From Octopus bimaculoides (lineage: Eukaryota): a stretch of 64,000 bases of DNA. The stretch spans positions 13,002,171-13,066,170 of the forward strand of contig NC_068984.1 in the NCBI RefSeq assembly GCF_001194135.2, given 5' to 3'. The translations under genes and the position numbers were made by a program. Below, in pieces: positions 25,694 to 38,740 of the stretch. Within the stretch, counting starts at the first letter, position 1; the number at the start of each line of letters is the position of its first letter. The notes under the pieces are model-generated. The model saw only the letters and a list, made by a program, of their open reading frames with translations, was not told the origin of the DNA and did not search any database.

Positions 25694-26367
25694 NNNNNNN
25701 NNNNNNNNNNNNNNNNNNNNNNNNNNNNNNNNNNNNNNNNNNNNNNNNNNNNNNNNNNNNNNNNNNNNNNNNNNNNNNNNNNNNNNNNNNNNNNNNNNNN
25801 NNNNNNNNNNNNNNNNNNNNNNNNNNNNNNNNNNNNNNNNNNNNNNNNNNNNNNNNNNNNNNNNNNNNNNNNNNNNNNNNNNNNNNNNNNNNNNNNNNNN
25901 NNNNNNNNNNNNNNNNNNNNNNNNNNNNNNNNNNNNNNNNNNNNNNNNNNNNNNNNNNNNNNNNNNNNNNNNNNNNNNNNNNNNNNNNNNNNNNNNNNNN
26001 NNNNNNNNNNNNNNNNNNNNNNNNNNNNNNNNNNNNNNNNNNNNNNNNNNNNNNNNNNNNNNNNNNNNNNNNNNNNNNNNNNNNNNNNNNNNNNNNNNNN
26101 NNNNNNNNNNNNNNNNNNNNNNNNNNNNNNNNNNNNNNNNNNNNNNNNNNNNNNNNNNNNNNNNNNNNNNNNNNNNNNNNNNNNNNNNNNNNNNNNNNNN
26201 NNNNNNNNNNNNNNNNNNNNNNNNNNNNNNNNNNNNNNNNNNNNNNNNNNNNNNNNNNNNNNNNNNNNNNNNNNCCTCCCTTCCTCCCTCCCTCCCTACC
26301 TACCTACCTACCTACCTACCTACCTACCTACCTACCTACATACTTACTATGTTATCCATCTATGTAC

Positions 26368-26440
<73 letters not shown>

Positions 26441-27215
26441 AGACTACAGTCATTTTTTTCTTTGAGAGGAATTAAATCTCATATAAAACCTTAGCCACAC
26501 AAAAAAAATGAGGAAAAAAGCCATCCACTACCGTTAGGTATTTCTTATATGTAATTATTCTCGTTTTATTTCTTACTCTGCCAGAAATAGCTGAACTGAA
26601 TATTTATGTGTTGGCATATAAAGAAGAGTACAAACAAGTGCTGTTAACCGTCTTAACTTACCATTTCTAGGAATAAAGAACATTTAACTTTGTTGAAACT
26701 CAGCGGAGTGTCTGTTTATCGGCTGATCTTTTATTTATTTATTTACACATATAAGAGCCATATACATATATAAGTTTAGCTTTAAATAAGCTCTTGGTGG
26801 ACATAGATTTAAAAGACATTAGAAAACTGTATAATATAAGTATTTGAAGTTAATAGCTTCCTGTAATTTAATTCACTGCGTTGCAAATTCTAACAGGTTT
26901 TAAAAGGAGAAGCACGTATTCTTAACATCGGTTCCTCTTAAGTAACTTTACGATTATTTCACTCAGAAACAAGAACGTTAATACAAATAAAATCAACAAT
27001 AAGAATGTTATTATCTACGTCAGGTTTCAGACAGAAGAATAGACCAACTACATATAGAAAATTTCAACCAGTCATGTTGATTATAAGGCAATATTAGAAT
27101 ATTTTCATGTGTCAACATATCTGGTCTGAATATCGGAATAAAAGGTTGTCATGAAGTGAAAGCTGAATGTGAATTGAATCGGAGCAATTTTGAATCCCTT
27201 CACTGGACACAACAG

Positions 27216-27568
27216 AAATCGTTCGTCCTTACGGCATGTGTTCAAATTCCACTGAGGTCGATGCTGCCGTTTATCCTTTCGGGGTCGATAATCTAAGTAC
27301 CAGGTAAACATTGGGCACATTCCCATCACCCTAAACTTGTGGCCCAAATTTGAAACCAACGTGATCTCTCATCTGAAGGCGGCGAGCTGGCACGACAGAT
27401 AAATTGCAAAACAGCTTTTCTTCCCCGTTCTGAGTTCAAATTCCACTGAGGTGAAACCTGTCTTTAAGTTTTGGGTTGATAAATTAAAATACCAGTAAAA
27501 TACTGGTCTCGATATAATCGACTTTCACTCCCTAAAATTTCTGACCTGGTAACAAAATTTGAAAACAT
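27216..27568 (+). mobile_element. Two tandem diverged SINE family B copies (27216-27360 and 27376-27568)
   Basis: gttcaaattccactgagg occurs twice; both end with c(c/a)aaatttgaaa(c/a)ca. Confidence 0.75.
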
Positions 27569-27984
27569 GATTATTTTCCTAGCAATGAGTTTGAGGAAAA
27601 GTGAGTTACCGATTTGCCGTTCAATTTTTGCCTCTGTTACATTTACATACACAGATCGAAAATCTATTGAATTAGCTTTGCTATTCATTTCTGCGGAAAT
27701 ATTCAAATGTACATCTGTAATATTCTGGGTTCTATCTCATGGAATATAACTCTACCTGACGGACATTGATTGAACGGTTTTACTTAAACTAAACAATCCC
27801 TGTAATACTGGCTTAACTTAAGTAAAGCGATTCCTTCATGTTCAAATCCTCATTTTGAACAGGGCTAGTTTCAGGTCAGTTAACATCCCTGCATATTAGT
27901 GTTATTATTCAAATTATGAACAGATAAAGACACAAGTCGTCTTTAATTGAATTTTGCCATTTATATAACTTAAATATTGTTTTC

Positions 27985-28190
27985 AAATTCTGGCAAAAGG
28001 CCAGAAATTTCGTAGAAGGAGGTAAGTCGATGGCATCGACACCAATGCTCAACTGGTAATTATTTAATCGACCACGAAAGGATGAATGGCAAAGTCGACC
28101 TCAGCGAAAATTGAACTCAGAACGGAAAGCCAGACAAAATGCCAGTAAGCATTTTGCTCGACGTGCTAACGATTCTGCCAACTCATCACC
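27985..28190 (-). mobile_element. SINE family B (tail type II)
   Basis: aaaggatgaatggcaaagtcgacctcagcgaaaattgaactcagaacg...gctaacgattctgcca. Confidence 0.85.
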
Positions 28191-28965
28191 ATCGATCTCT
28201 TAAATATTAAATTTAATTTGCCACCGGGTTGAACAACCCCAGGCTAAAACGTGGGCCCTTTTTGGTGTCCGATGTGTTGCATACATTCGGGCTACATCTT
28301 TTACCTCATGATAACGGTTTCACCTTCTTCCACCTAGCTCTATGGCATTGAAAATGGTCACAGTCGCTGTTCTCTCTATATTAACTATGTCTTAAAAATA
28401 GCCTATGTATACAAGCTCGTTCTATCAAACAAATTTCGCAGCATTATATTATATAGATACTCGTTATTTCTTTTATAGTTTCTTCCTTAACCACATCTAT
28501 GTCACATATGGACTGATGCATGTTTCTGCTGTCGTTAAATATCTAAAACGAAAATTTTTGCCAAAATATAGATATCAGTAATTGCAAGTTTGCTGTGATG
28601 CAATACTGTCTTATCTACTAATTTATACTAAAAGATGCAACTGATTTCGCTCTTCTTATCAACGTAAACGGAATATTAAATTAACAGGGGTAGGGTTTGA
28701 AGTAGTTTGACGTTGACCTAAATGGAGATGTTTTAAAATGTTATGTTGCGGATATGATCTAGATGTATGGAGAGGAGAAGATGAGTGTTGTGTGACAACC
28801 ATGACATTCTCCGTAAGTGACGTAATAAAAAAAGGTAACAAGTAAATATAGGATCAACACGGGTCTGCTTGTAAGTGTCTGCAGAGGAAGCTTTTCGTGC
28901 AATACGTAAACAATCTGTTTGGAGAAATACAACACAAACAACACCACACATAACTGAAGCAGAAA

Positions 28966-29198
28966 AGGTGGTGAGCTGGCAGAAGCGTTAGCAGCCGGGC
29001 GAAATACTTAGCAGTATTTCGACTGCCGTTACGTTCTGAGTTCAAATTCCACCGAGGTCGACTTTGCCTTTCATCTTTTGGGGTCGATAAATTAAGTATC
29101 AGTTACGCACTGGAGTCGATGTAATCGACTTAATCCCTTTGTCTGTCCTTGTTTATCCCCCTCTATGTTTAGCCCCTTGTGGGCAATAAAGAAATAAG
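28966..29198 (+). mobile_element. SINE family B (tail type I), full length with 16-bp TSD
   Basis: TSD ataactg(a/g)agcagaaa at 28950-28965 and 29199-29214; tail agccccttgtgggcaataaagaaataag. Confidence 0.95.
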
Positions 29199-29788
29199 AT
29201 AACTGGAGCAGAAATCAGGTGACACATGGAAACGATTATATTAATATAAACAGAAAGACGACTATGAACAAGAGAGGGAAACAGAGAGAGAGAGAGAGAG
29301 ATGGCATGTTTGATTGAAAGCGACACACACATATATACATACATACTTACATATACATATGTATGTATATATGTGTGTGTGTGTATGTGTTAGTTTGTGT
29401 GTGTGTATATAAAGCACGAATTGGTGCTTTTAGGGTGGATCTAGAAATGGCGTCGATCTTTGATTGGTTTGTTTTAAATTATTACCTTGGGCCGACTAAA
29501 TCGTTATCATTTGACTTTTTGTTAGGTGTGTCTACAGACAAATCGATAGTTTATTGGAATGGTTTGTGTGTTGATATTTTGACTTCGAAATTTAAAATCC
29601 GAAATCTACAGATTTTTTTTGAATTTTACCCACATTGCATCACATATAGAATGGACAGATTTTGTCTTGTGTATCAGATGAAAAAACGAAGATGTCCCAA
29701 ATATGGTCTTAAGGTCATATTCCCTCATTTATGCATCATTGGTTGACTATACAATTACGTGTGTTCATATATACGTATACATACATGA

Positions 29789-30043
29789 GTGGAGGCGCAT
29801 ACATGTGTGGTTAGGGCAGCGAGCACGCGGTCGTAGGATGGCAGTTTCGATTCCCAGACCGGGCGTTGTGAGTGTTTATTGAGCGAAAACACCTAAAGCT
29901 CCACGAGGCTCTGGCGTGGGGTGTTGGCGAACCCTGCTGTACGCTTCCACCACAACTTTCTCTCACTCTTTCTTCCTGTTTCTATTGTACCAGTATTTCA
30001 AAGGGCCAGCCTTGTCGCACTCTGTGTCACAGTGAATCTCCCT
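29789..30043 (+). mobile_element. SINE family C, 3'-truncated
   Basis: Colinear with 3109-3362. Confidence 0.88.
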
Positions 30044-30099
30044 GTTCCTCTCCATTTGGAGGTCTGGACCGAACCAGTCCCCGAGCAAATTAACCGATC

Positions 30100-30144
<45 letters not shown>

Positions 30145-30562
30145 GTAAATACATAGATGGGGAGATAGATAGATAGAAGGATAGATAGGTGGACAGATAG
30201 ATAAATAGATAGATAGATAGATGAACAGATGGATAGATAGATAGTGAGAAAGATTTGTAAGGATGTGAAAAAAGTAGCGGCATGGAGATAGTCCTAGCAG
30301 ATGGGTGTCTTACATTATTTCTGATCAACCGTTTATTCAAAGTCAACGCCATTTTACCTAGCTTTCAACTGAGAAGCATTCATTTCAACAGAGTTGTCTG
30401 AACGGCAAGACAAGGCTATTTATTTGATTGGGAGTCGGCCATTGTTACGAAACAACCATCTTCTATAACAGATTTTCCTTCTAAATTTCTTCTCTACTCT
30501 ACTCAGCCACATTCAATTTGTTAAATATTTCAGACAATCGTTCTGTCACTCACTGTCTCTGA

Positions 30563-30617
30563 TAATGATGATGATGATGATGATATCAACAACAACGGAA
30601 AAATAATTTCTATTGCA

Positions 30618-30663
<46 letters not shown>

Positions 30664-30790
30664 GTGATAATGATGATTATAATAATAATCATGGTGATAA
30701 TAATGGCGATGTGGTTGATGATGATGATGATTATAGTAATGAAGATTATTCTAATAATGATAATGATAATGATGACGCTGCTGCTGATGC
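30563..30790. repeat. Compound trinucleotide array (GAT)n/(ACT)n/(AAT)n
   Basis: Direct reading. Confidence 0.9.
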
Positions 30791-31129
30791 AGGAACAATT
30801 TCACCCTACTCATTAACACACGCAATCTTGATGCACACTACCATCATATCTTATATCCTTTGTTTCGACAATCGAGTCTTCCTCCTCCCCCTCCTCCTAC
30901 TCCTCCTTTTCTATAATTTCTTTTAATTCTACCTCAGCACAATTTTCTTTCATTTTTAATCATCTGTTTCTTCTTTTCATCCTCACGCATCTCTCTTCTA
31001 ATTTTACTTGTCTTTTCAGTTTTCAGTCAGATACACATCCAGGCTGCATTTCACATCTTCCCAGCACATCCCCTCTCGATTCTCCTTTAATATCCTGTTT
31101 GCATTTACATACATATATACCTACGTACA

Positions 31130-31175
31130 TATCAGGTCATCCCATAAGTTCTGTCCGAATTTTGAATAAAGAAAA
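31130..31175. mobile_element. Tc1/mariner-like terminal repeat fragment
   Basis: tatcaggtcatcccataagttctgtccg after TA resembles mariner TIR starts (from recall); no partner TIR seen before the gap. Confidence 0.4.
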
Positions 31176-33027
31176 CAAGTGATCAAATGCGCACATACAC
31201 ACATATATCTAAGCAGAATTATCAGAGAAATGAAAACAGGTCTAAGTTTATTTAATTGGAAAACAAATACAAAATAGAACGGTGTAATAGTTTTAACTTT
31301 ACAGCTGTTTCGGATGAACCATTATAAGTACCTTAGCAACATTTATTATATAGAAATAAAGCTCTAAATTGTCGTTGGTGTATGAAACAACACGAATTTG
31401 TAGAGACTTGTGAATCAAAGTCGTTTTATCCGCTTGTATAACCGACTTCTTATACAACAACCAACTGCCCTGGATATAGTGGTTTGAATTTAAATTCTAA
31501 TTAATCTTAATATTACATGGTAATTATCTACACCTCATTTTGGCGTCCTCTACGATACATATGCGTAAATATATATNNNNNNNNNNNNNNNNNNNNNNNN
31601 NNNNNNNNNNNNNNNNNNNNNNNNNNNNNNNNNNNNNNNNNNNNNNNNNNNNNNNNNNNNNNNNNNNNNNNNNNNNNNNNNNNNNNNNNNNNNNNNNNNN
31701 NNNNNNNNNNNNNNNNNNNNNNNNNNNNNNNNNNNNNNNNNNNNNNNNNNNNNNNNNNNNNNNNNNNNNNNNNNNNNNNNNNNNNNNNNNNNNNNNNNNN
31801 NNNNNNNNNNNNNNNNNNNNNNNNNNNNNNNNNNNNNNNNNNNNNNNNNNNNNNNNNNNNNNNNNNNNNNNNNNNNNNNNNNNNNNNNNNNNNNNNNNNN
31901 NNNNNNNNNNNNNNNNNNNNNNNNNNNNNNNNNNNNNNNNNNNNNNNNNNNNNNNNNNNNNNNNNNNNNNNNNNNNNNNNNNNNNNNNNNNNNNNNNNNN
32001 NNNNNNNNNNNNNNNNNNNNNNNNNNNNNNNNNNNNNNNNNNNNNNNNNNNNNNNNNNNNNNNNNNNNNNNNNNNNNNNNNNNNNNNNNNNNNNNNNNNN
32101 NNNNNNNNNNNNNNNNNNNNNNNNNNNNNNNNNNNNNNNNNNNNNNNNNNNNNNNNNNNNNNNNNNNNNNNNNNNNNNNNNNNNNNNNNNNNNNNNNNNN
32201 NNNNNNNNNNNNNNNNNNNNNNNNNNNNNNNNNNNNNNNNNNNNNNNNNNNNNNNNNNNNNNNNNNNNNNNNNNNNNNNNNNNNNNNNNNNNNNNNNNNN
32301 NNNNNNNNNNNNNNNNNNNNNNNNNNNNNNNNNNNNNNNNNNNNNNNNNNNNNNNNNNNNNNNNNNNNNNNNNNNNNNNNNNNNNNNNNNNNNNNNNNNN
32401 NNNNNNNNNNNNNNNNNNNNNNNNNNNNNNNNNNNNNNNNNNNNNNNNNNNNNNNNNACACACACACACACACACACACACATACACACACACACACACA
32501 CACACGCACACACACACACACATATATATATGTATATATATATGTAAATACATAATCAATCTCTATACTTCTCAATTCCACATATACTTTCCTCGTTGGA
32601 ATTTCTACACCCATGTTCATCCGTATTTTTCACAAAGCCGTTCGTTATCAGAATCAATCAATTGACAATATCAATAAGAAAATTCTTCCTTTGTTGGGAA
32701 ATCTAATTGTTGTATTGTCGTTATCCTATCTTTCATAAGTACATATGATTCTATGTAGATACATGCCCAGTTATCTATTTATGCTTTCAATGCTATTACC
32801 CCTATGGGCATATATTAATAAAAATATTTGCGCGCGCGCGTGTATATATATACACACACGTATATATATATGATTGCAGATATACATCCACACACATATA
32901 TGCATATATATATATCCACACGATATGCATAACATATATACAATTCAGACACACACTTATATGTTATACACATATGTACCTAAGTCTGAGTATGATGTAT
33001 GTGCGTGTGTATGTGTGTGTGTGCGTA

Positions 33028-33071
<44 letters not shown>

Positions 33072-33487
33072 CTTGTTTGTATGTATATTTTGCTTGTATT
33101 TTTCAAATTTCATCGTACTGCAGAAAAATTCTGAATCTAACCCTGAAACAAATCTCTTTCTTCGGAATTTATTCAATAACAACTTCGTAACGGCGTATGT
33201 ATGTATGTATGTATGTATGCATGTATGTATGTATGTATGTATGTATGTATGTATGTATGTATGCATGTTTGTATGTATGTATATGGATGTATATGTACGT
33301 GCGTATGTATGTATACGTATATGCATAGCTGGATATAAGTTGTAAATATGTGTGCATATATGTATTATGCAATTGAATATTTCTTCTGCACACTTATGCA
33401 AGTGTGCAATGTTACTGAATGTGCGGTTCTGTAGGTTTTAAATATGTCTGCAAAATATCTGGCCCTGCGTCCAACTCACAAAGCAAG

Positions 33488-33610
33488 TCTTCTTCTTCTT
33501 CTTCTTCTTCTTCTTCTTCTTCTTCTTCTTTTTCTTCTTCTTCTTCTTCTTCTTCTCCTCCTCCTCCCCTCCTCCTCCTCCTCATCATCATCATCGTCAT
33601 TATTATTATT
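33488..33610. repeat. (CTT)n-(CCT)n-(CAT)n-(TAT)n graded trinucleotide array at the 3' end of an R4-like LINE
   Basis: Direct reading. Confidence 0.9.
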
Positions 33611-35160
33611 GTCTTTGTACACCTTCTAACGCTGGAGATGTACTACGGTGCCAGCTGTTCACTACCAGTGAACTAAGGTAACAGCCCTTTTTTTTTCGAG
33701 CACCATCCGGTGTATTCGAATCGGTTCCAAACAGTGCTGTTTTCTGCAAGCGCTCCACCCTTATTGCAGCTCCTATTTGTTCCATGTACTTCTCCCAAGC
33801 TAACCTCTCATATCTATCGACTTCTTTTTCTTCCTTATGGCACACCTTGTCAGCTGGGCATGCTATATCTATGATTTAGCATCGTTTGCTTTCTTTCTCA
33901 ATCAACACTATGTCTGGTTTCCTATTCTCTGTCTCATGGTCGCACTGAATTATAAAATCCCATAGGATCTTTGCATTATCATTTTCGATCATGCCTTTCG
34001 AATTTATGTTCGTACCAATTTTTTGCTTTATCAAGTCTATACTTGTTGCAAAGTATCCAATGGACAATTCTTGCTATATTGTCATGATATCTCTTATATT
34101 CTTTCTGGAGTTGTGGCGTACATTGGCTGGTAATATGCCATACGGTTTCACCGTTTTGCCCACAAATTCTGCACTTATCACTTTCTGATGTGTTGTCTAT
34201 TCTGTATTCGATGTAACTGATTCTTAATGTTTACTCTTTGGCAGCAGCACAGATTAGCACCTTCGTTTCCGGTTTTAAATCAATTTTAGTCATCCATAGC
34301 CATCTTTTTTCTCTGTCTGTCTTACCTTCTACATCCCTATGAAATTGTCCATGCATTCTTTTCTTTATCCACATATTTTCAGTTTCATTCATTCTCAAGT
34401 GCTTGTACAGTGTTTTATCTTTGCCATCTTTCAACCTACACAAGCCTATGGTTCTGTGGCATTTTTACATACCATGCTATGTTGTTGTCTTCTGCTCCTA
34501 TGCTGTGTTCGCATCCAATCAGTCCTCTTCTCTTTTTCTTGGTACATACAGTCTGTCTGGCACTTTTTGGGTGGAGTATCCCATATCTAGTCAGCAACTT
34601 CCTTGTCTTTCTGTCTAAGTTGTTTAGTTTGTCTACTGTCCATGCAATTTCGACTTAGGGATCAGTCTCAGTCTGCGCAAGTACTCCACCGTAATTTTTA
34701 TCGGTCATTTCTTTCTCCATCATTTTATCTATTTCCAATATCCCCAAGTACTCTTCTCTCTGCTTCATAACCTCTCTCGATGGTATCGCTAACCCGTTCA
34801 TACATTTGATTTTGCCTCTCTTCAAGTCTAACACACCACACTTTGTCAGTCCGAACTCCATTCTGATATCAGCACTGAAAGTATACACCGTATAAACGAG
34901 GGAACTGACTTGTCAGTATCCCCTAAGATGAAAACCATTTTCGTCTACGGGTTTGCTCTGGCAGTAACACTCCACGACCACAGCATTGACTTGTTTGTTC
35001 CATCTACGTCGTCTGTGATGGTCTCTTGCTGGTTAACGACAGTTGGACCAGTATCTTTGAGCCTGCCGGGTGCAACACTCATCATTAAGGACTTCAGTTT
35101 CATTACCACCGTTATTCACAATATTTTGTCTTTTCATTGTCACTCCTATGAGGTAATGAT
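33600..35160 (-). mobile_element. R4/Dong-clade RLE non-LTR retrotransposon, internally deleted and decayed
   Basis: Minus-strand motifs in order: RRRWNKQVNAVVVECYCQSKP...RGY; SLVYTVYTFSADIRMEFGLTKC...KRGK...YLGI; WIKKRMHGQF...LKPETKVLICAA; CRICGQNGETVWHITSQC (34120-34173); ILWDFIIQCD...RKPDIV; LQKTALFGT; then an (AAT)n tail. Confidence 0.88.
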
Positions 35161-36108
35161 TATCATATTGCGCAATTGCCAGTTTTTTATTGTGACACCA
35201 TCACTAGATGTATAATCAATGAGAGCATAGGAAGATTCCAACCGCTTCCTTTCATTATTATAGTTATCATCACTGATATTATTATTTTCATTTTTTTTAC
35301 TAGTTGTCACTATTAATATTTCCTCTGATCCAAAATGAATTTTGGCTAGATTATTATCATTATTATCATTATTATAATTATCACTATTATTACCATCATT
35401 ATTATATTTCCCATTTATTATTAACAGATATTATTAAATTTTGTTTAGTTCCAATTTTTGTCTTGTTCTTGAGATAATCATAAATATGTGAGGGTTTAAG
35501 GGAATATTAGGGGCAAGAGAAACAACTTTGTGAATAGATTAAATTCAACAGGTCTGTAAATAGATTATTTTTATTATTACTATTAGAATTTATGTGTGAA
35601 CTTAAGTAGTGTTATGTGTGAATACTTAAATATGCATAGAATTTTGTGCACTCTTGTAAATATCAGTTTGCATTACTACATAATACTACTTGACTGAATG
35701 CATATTAAAGTATTTAGATTTTACGCACTCCTCTATATACCAAATGCATATCATGTATCCTTATAAAACAAACACGTATATTGATTATAATATGTATAAG
35801 AAAATCAATATATGTTTATTAGTCTGAACATATTCATATATGCATGCATGTAACTAATCCTAATTTTCTTACTCTCACATGTATATATATATACATATGC
35901 GGCAGCTATTCATGTGATTATTCAGTTATATAAACACAAGAAAATTTACATATTTGCATGTCTGAATTGCATAAATGAAAATTGTAACACAAACAAACAT
36001 CTTACGCAAAGCAAACACCTACCTACCCACAGCACACATATGTATACATGTACTTATGTATATTTATTCATGTATGAATGTGTGTGTGTATATGTATATA
36101 TATATATG

Positions 36109-36146
<38 letters not shown>

Positions 36147-37108
36147 CGTGTGTTTCGCTATGTCTATGTGTATATGCAATTAGATTTATAAAACGATAGA
36201 AAAGACAGAAAATAAATGTACTCAATACGTGGAACATGATTTATTCATTTAATTGTCTTGTTTCCTACTCTGCTTTTCCAATTTACTTTCTTCACTCAAA
36301 ATATCCGTATATTCAGTATGCATTCATGTAGGTAAGAATTTGTGAGTGCGCGCGTATATATATATATGTATATATATGTATATATGTAGAAGGTTGAAAA
36401 GGATATAATTATATATATCTATATATATANNNNNNNNNNNNNNNNNNNNNNNNNNNNNNNNNNNNNNNNNNNNNNNNNNNNNNNNNNNNNNNNNNNNNNN
36501 NNNNNNNNNNNNNNNNNNNNNNNNNNNNNNNNNNNNNNNNNNNNNNNNNNNNNNNNNNNNNNNNNNNNNNNNNNNNNNNNNNNNNNNNNNNNNNNNNNNN
36601 NNNNNNNNNNNNNNNNNNNNNNNNNNNNNNNNNNNNNNNNNNNNNNNNNNNNNNNNNNNNNNNNNNNNNNNNNNNNNNNNNNNNNNNNNNNNNNNNNNNN
36701 NNNNNNNNNNNNNNNNNNNNNNNNNNNNNNNNNNNNNNNNNNNNNNNNNNNNNNNNNNNNNNNNNNNNNNNNNNNNNNNNNNNNNNNNNNNNNNNNNNNN
36801 NNNNNNNNNNNNNNNNNNNNNNNNNNNNNNNNNNNNNNNNNNNNNNNNNNNNNNNNNNNNNNNNNNNNNNNNNNNNNNNNNNNNNNNNNNNNNNNNNNNN
36901 NNNNNNNNNNNNNNNNNNNNNNNNNNNNNNNNNNNNNNNNNNNNNNNNNNNNNNNNNNNNNNNNNNNNNNNNNNNNNNNNNNNNNNNNNNNNNNNNNNNN
37001 NNNNNNNNNNNNNNNNNNNNNNNNNNNNNNNNNNNNNNNNNNNNNNNNNNNNNNNNNNNNNNNNNNNNNNNNNNNNNNNNNNNNNNNNNNNNNNNNNNNN
37101 NNNNNNNN

Positions 37109-37148
<40 letters not shown>

Positions 37149-37199
37149 ATCAATCCTTTATAAATACGAAAAAGATGCATGCTGTAAAGAATTAGAGAT

Positions 37200-38340
37200 A
37201 TAATATGATTTTGGGAAGTTATGGCCGATCATAGAGTAACCATTTGTTTCGCACCTCTAAAGCGTTTGGCAGTTTTGGTGACTCGTGAGACGCAAATAGG
37301 TGGAGGCGCATCACCTATGCAAGCGGAAGATAACACCTGTCGCATTAGCTTCGAGACCACCAGACCACCTGGTTTCAATCTTACTGGATCTCTTCGGTGG
37401 TGAGAATTCGTTTGTCAGACAGGGCAGTTATTTCACCTCGCTTGCAATATGTAGAAACCGTATGCACTCACCATCATGTCATCATAGTGCTGGCCACTTT
37501 CCAAGCCATACCGCCCTTAATAAGATCACAAATAATGGCCTAGGCATCACAGGCTTCCCTTCACAGCTTGAGCCAGGTCGGGGGCGGCTATACAGAGAGG
37601 ACAGTAAAATGTCGGACGGTATGATAATTTTCCCGTTCCGTGGCGGTAGGCCCCTCAACTGAGATTCCACATGCAGTGACACTTTCTCTAGCGGCAAGTT
37701 GGTTTTGTCAGCTATCAGCTCAGGTCTGCTGCTCGTCAGACTGAGAAAACAAACTCTCTTCTCCAGCCTACTGGATACAGTCACCGAGATCTGCGAGAAG
37801 AGATATGCGGTTGTAGCTAGGAACACTGCGGAGGGTATACAGTAACTTTGGCATGGCGAAGCAGTTCTTTAAGAGGAACAGCGTTGCGTGGGTCTTCAGT
37901 TTGTCAGTCAATCGCCTTCAGATTGTCTGTCAATCTTTCAAGCTGGAAGATCTTAGAGCTGAGGGTGGAACGAATGGCAGGCAGAAGGATCGGCGAACCA
38001 AGCATAAGGACGTCCTTCTTTGAAGTCACCTGTACTTGGTGAAGTAATGAACGTACGCCCAGGACGTAGGCCGAAAAGTGTTGACATACACGACTTCCAA
38101 CTTCAACGAGTTCATCGCGAGGCCGATCGTTGCTACAGCGGAGACCACTGATCGGAGATCGTGGAAGACACTTTCTGCTGGCCCAACTATCATTGTATCG
38201 TCCAGGTCCCAGGTGTTGAAAGTAGTCGTGATGCTCCGAGCAATGCTCTCTACCCCAAGAGCAAATATGAAGGTGCCCAATGAATCGCCCTATTGAACGT
38301 CGGTCGAAGTTGGTATGACCTTATCTGCGCTAAGGAACAT
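37200..38340 (-). mobile_element. CRE-clade-like non-LTR retrotransposon RT remnant
   Basis: DVQ*GDSLGTFIFALGV...FNTWDLDDTMIVG...DL...IGLAMNSLKLE; then LGSPI...AID...HATLFLLKNCFAMPKLLYTLR. These resemble the QQGDPLGP/NxWYLDD/HxALFLLxNC...PKL motifs. Confidence 0.7.
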
Positions 38341-38700
38341 ACTCAGAGCCCTAGTGGCATATTCAGTTTCATCGTACACCTTGTTTTCCTTTTATTCTTT
38401 CGTTTCATATATCTATGCCATCATGTATCTTTCTTTCTCTCTATCTCTCTTTTCCCTATCTATCTATCAATCACACGCACACAAACACACATACACACAC
38501 ACACACACACGTGTATATACAAGTTTTCTTTTTACTGCATAAATGTGAAATCAATGCACTTTNNNNNNNNNNNNNNNNNNNNNNNNNNNNNNNNNNNNNN
38601 NNNNNNNNNNNNNNNNNNNNNNNNNNNNNNNNNNNNNNNNNNNNNNNNNNNNNNNNNNNNNNNNNNNNNNNNNNNNNNNNNNNNNNNNNNNNNNNNNNNN

Positions 38701-38740
<40 letters not shown>

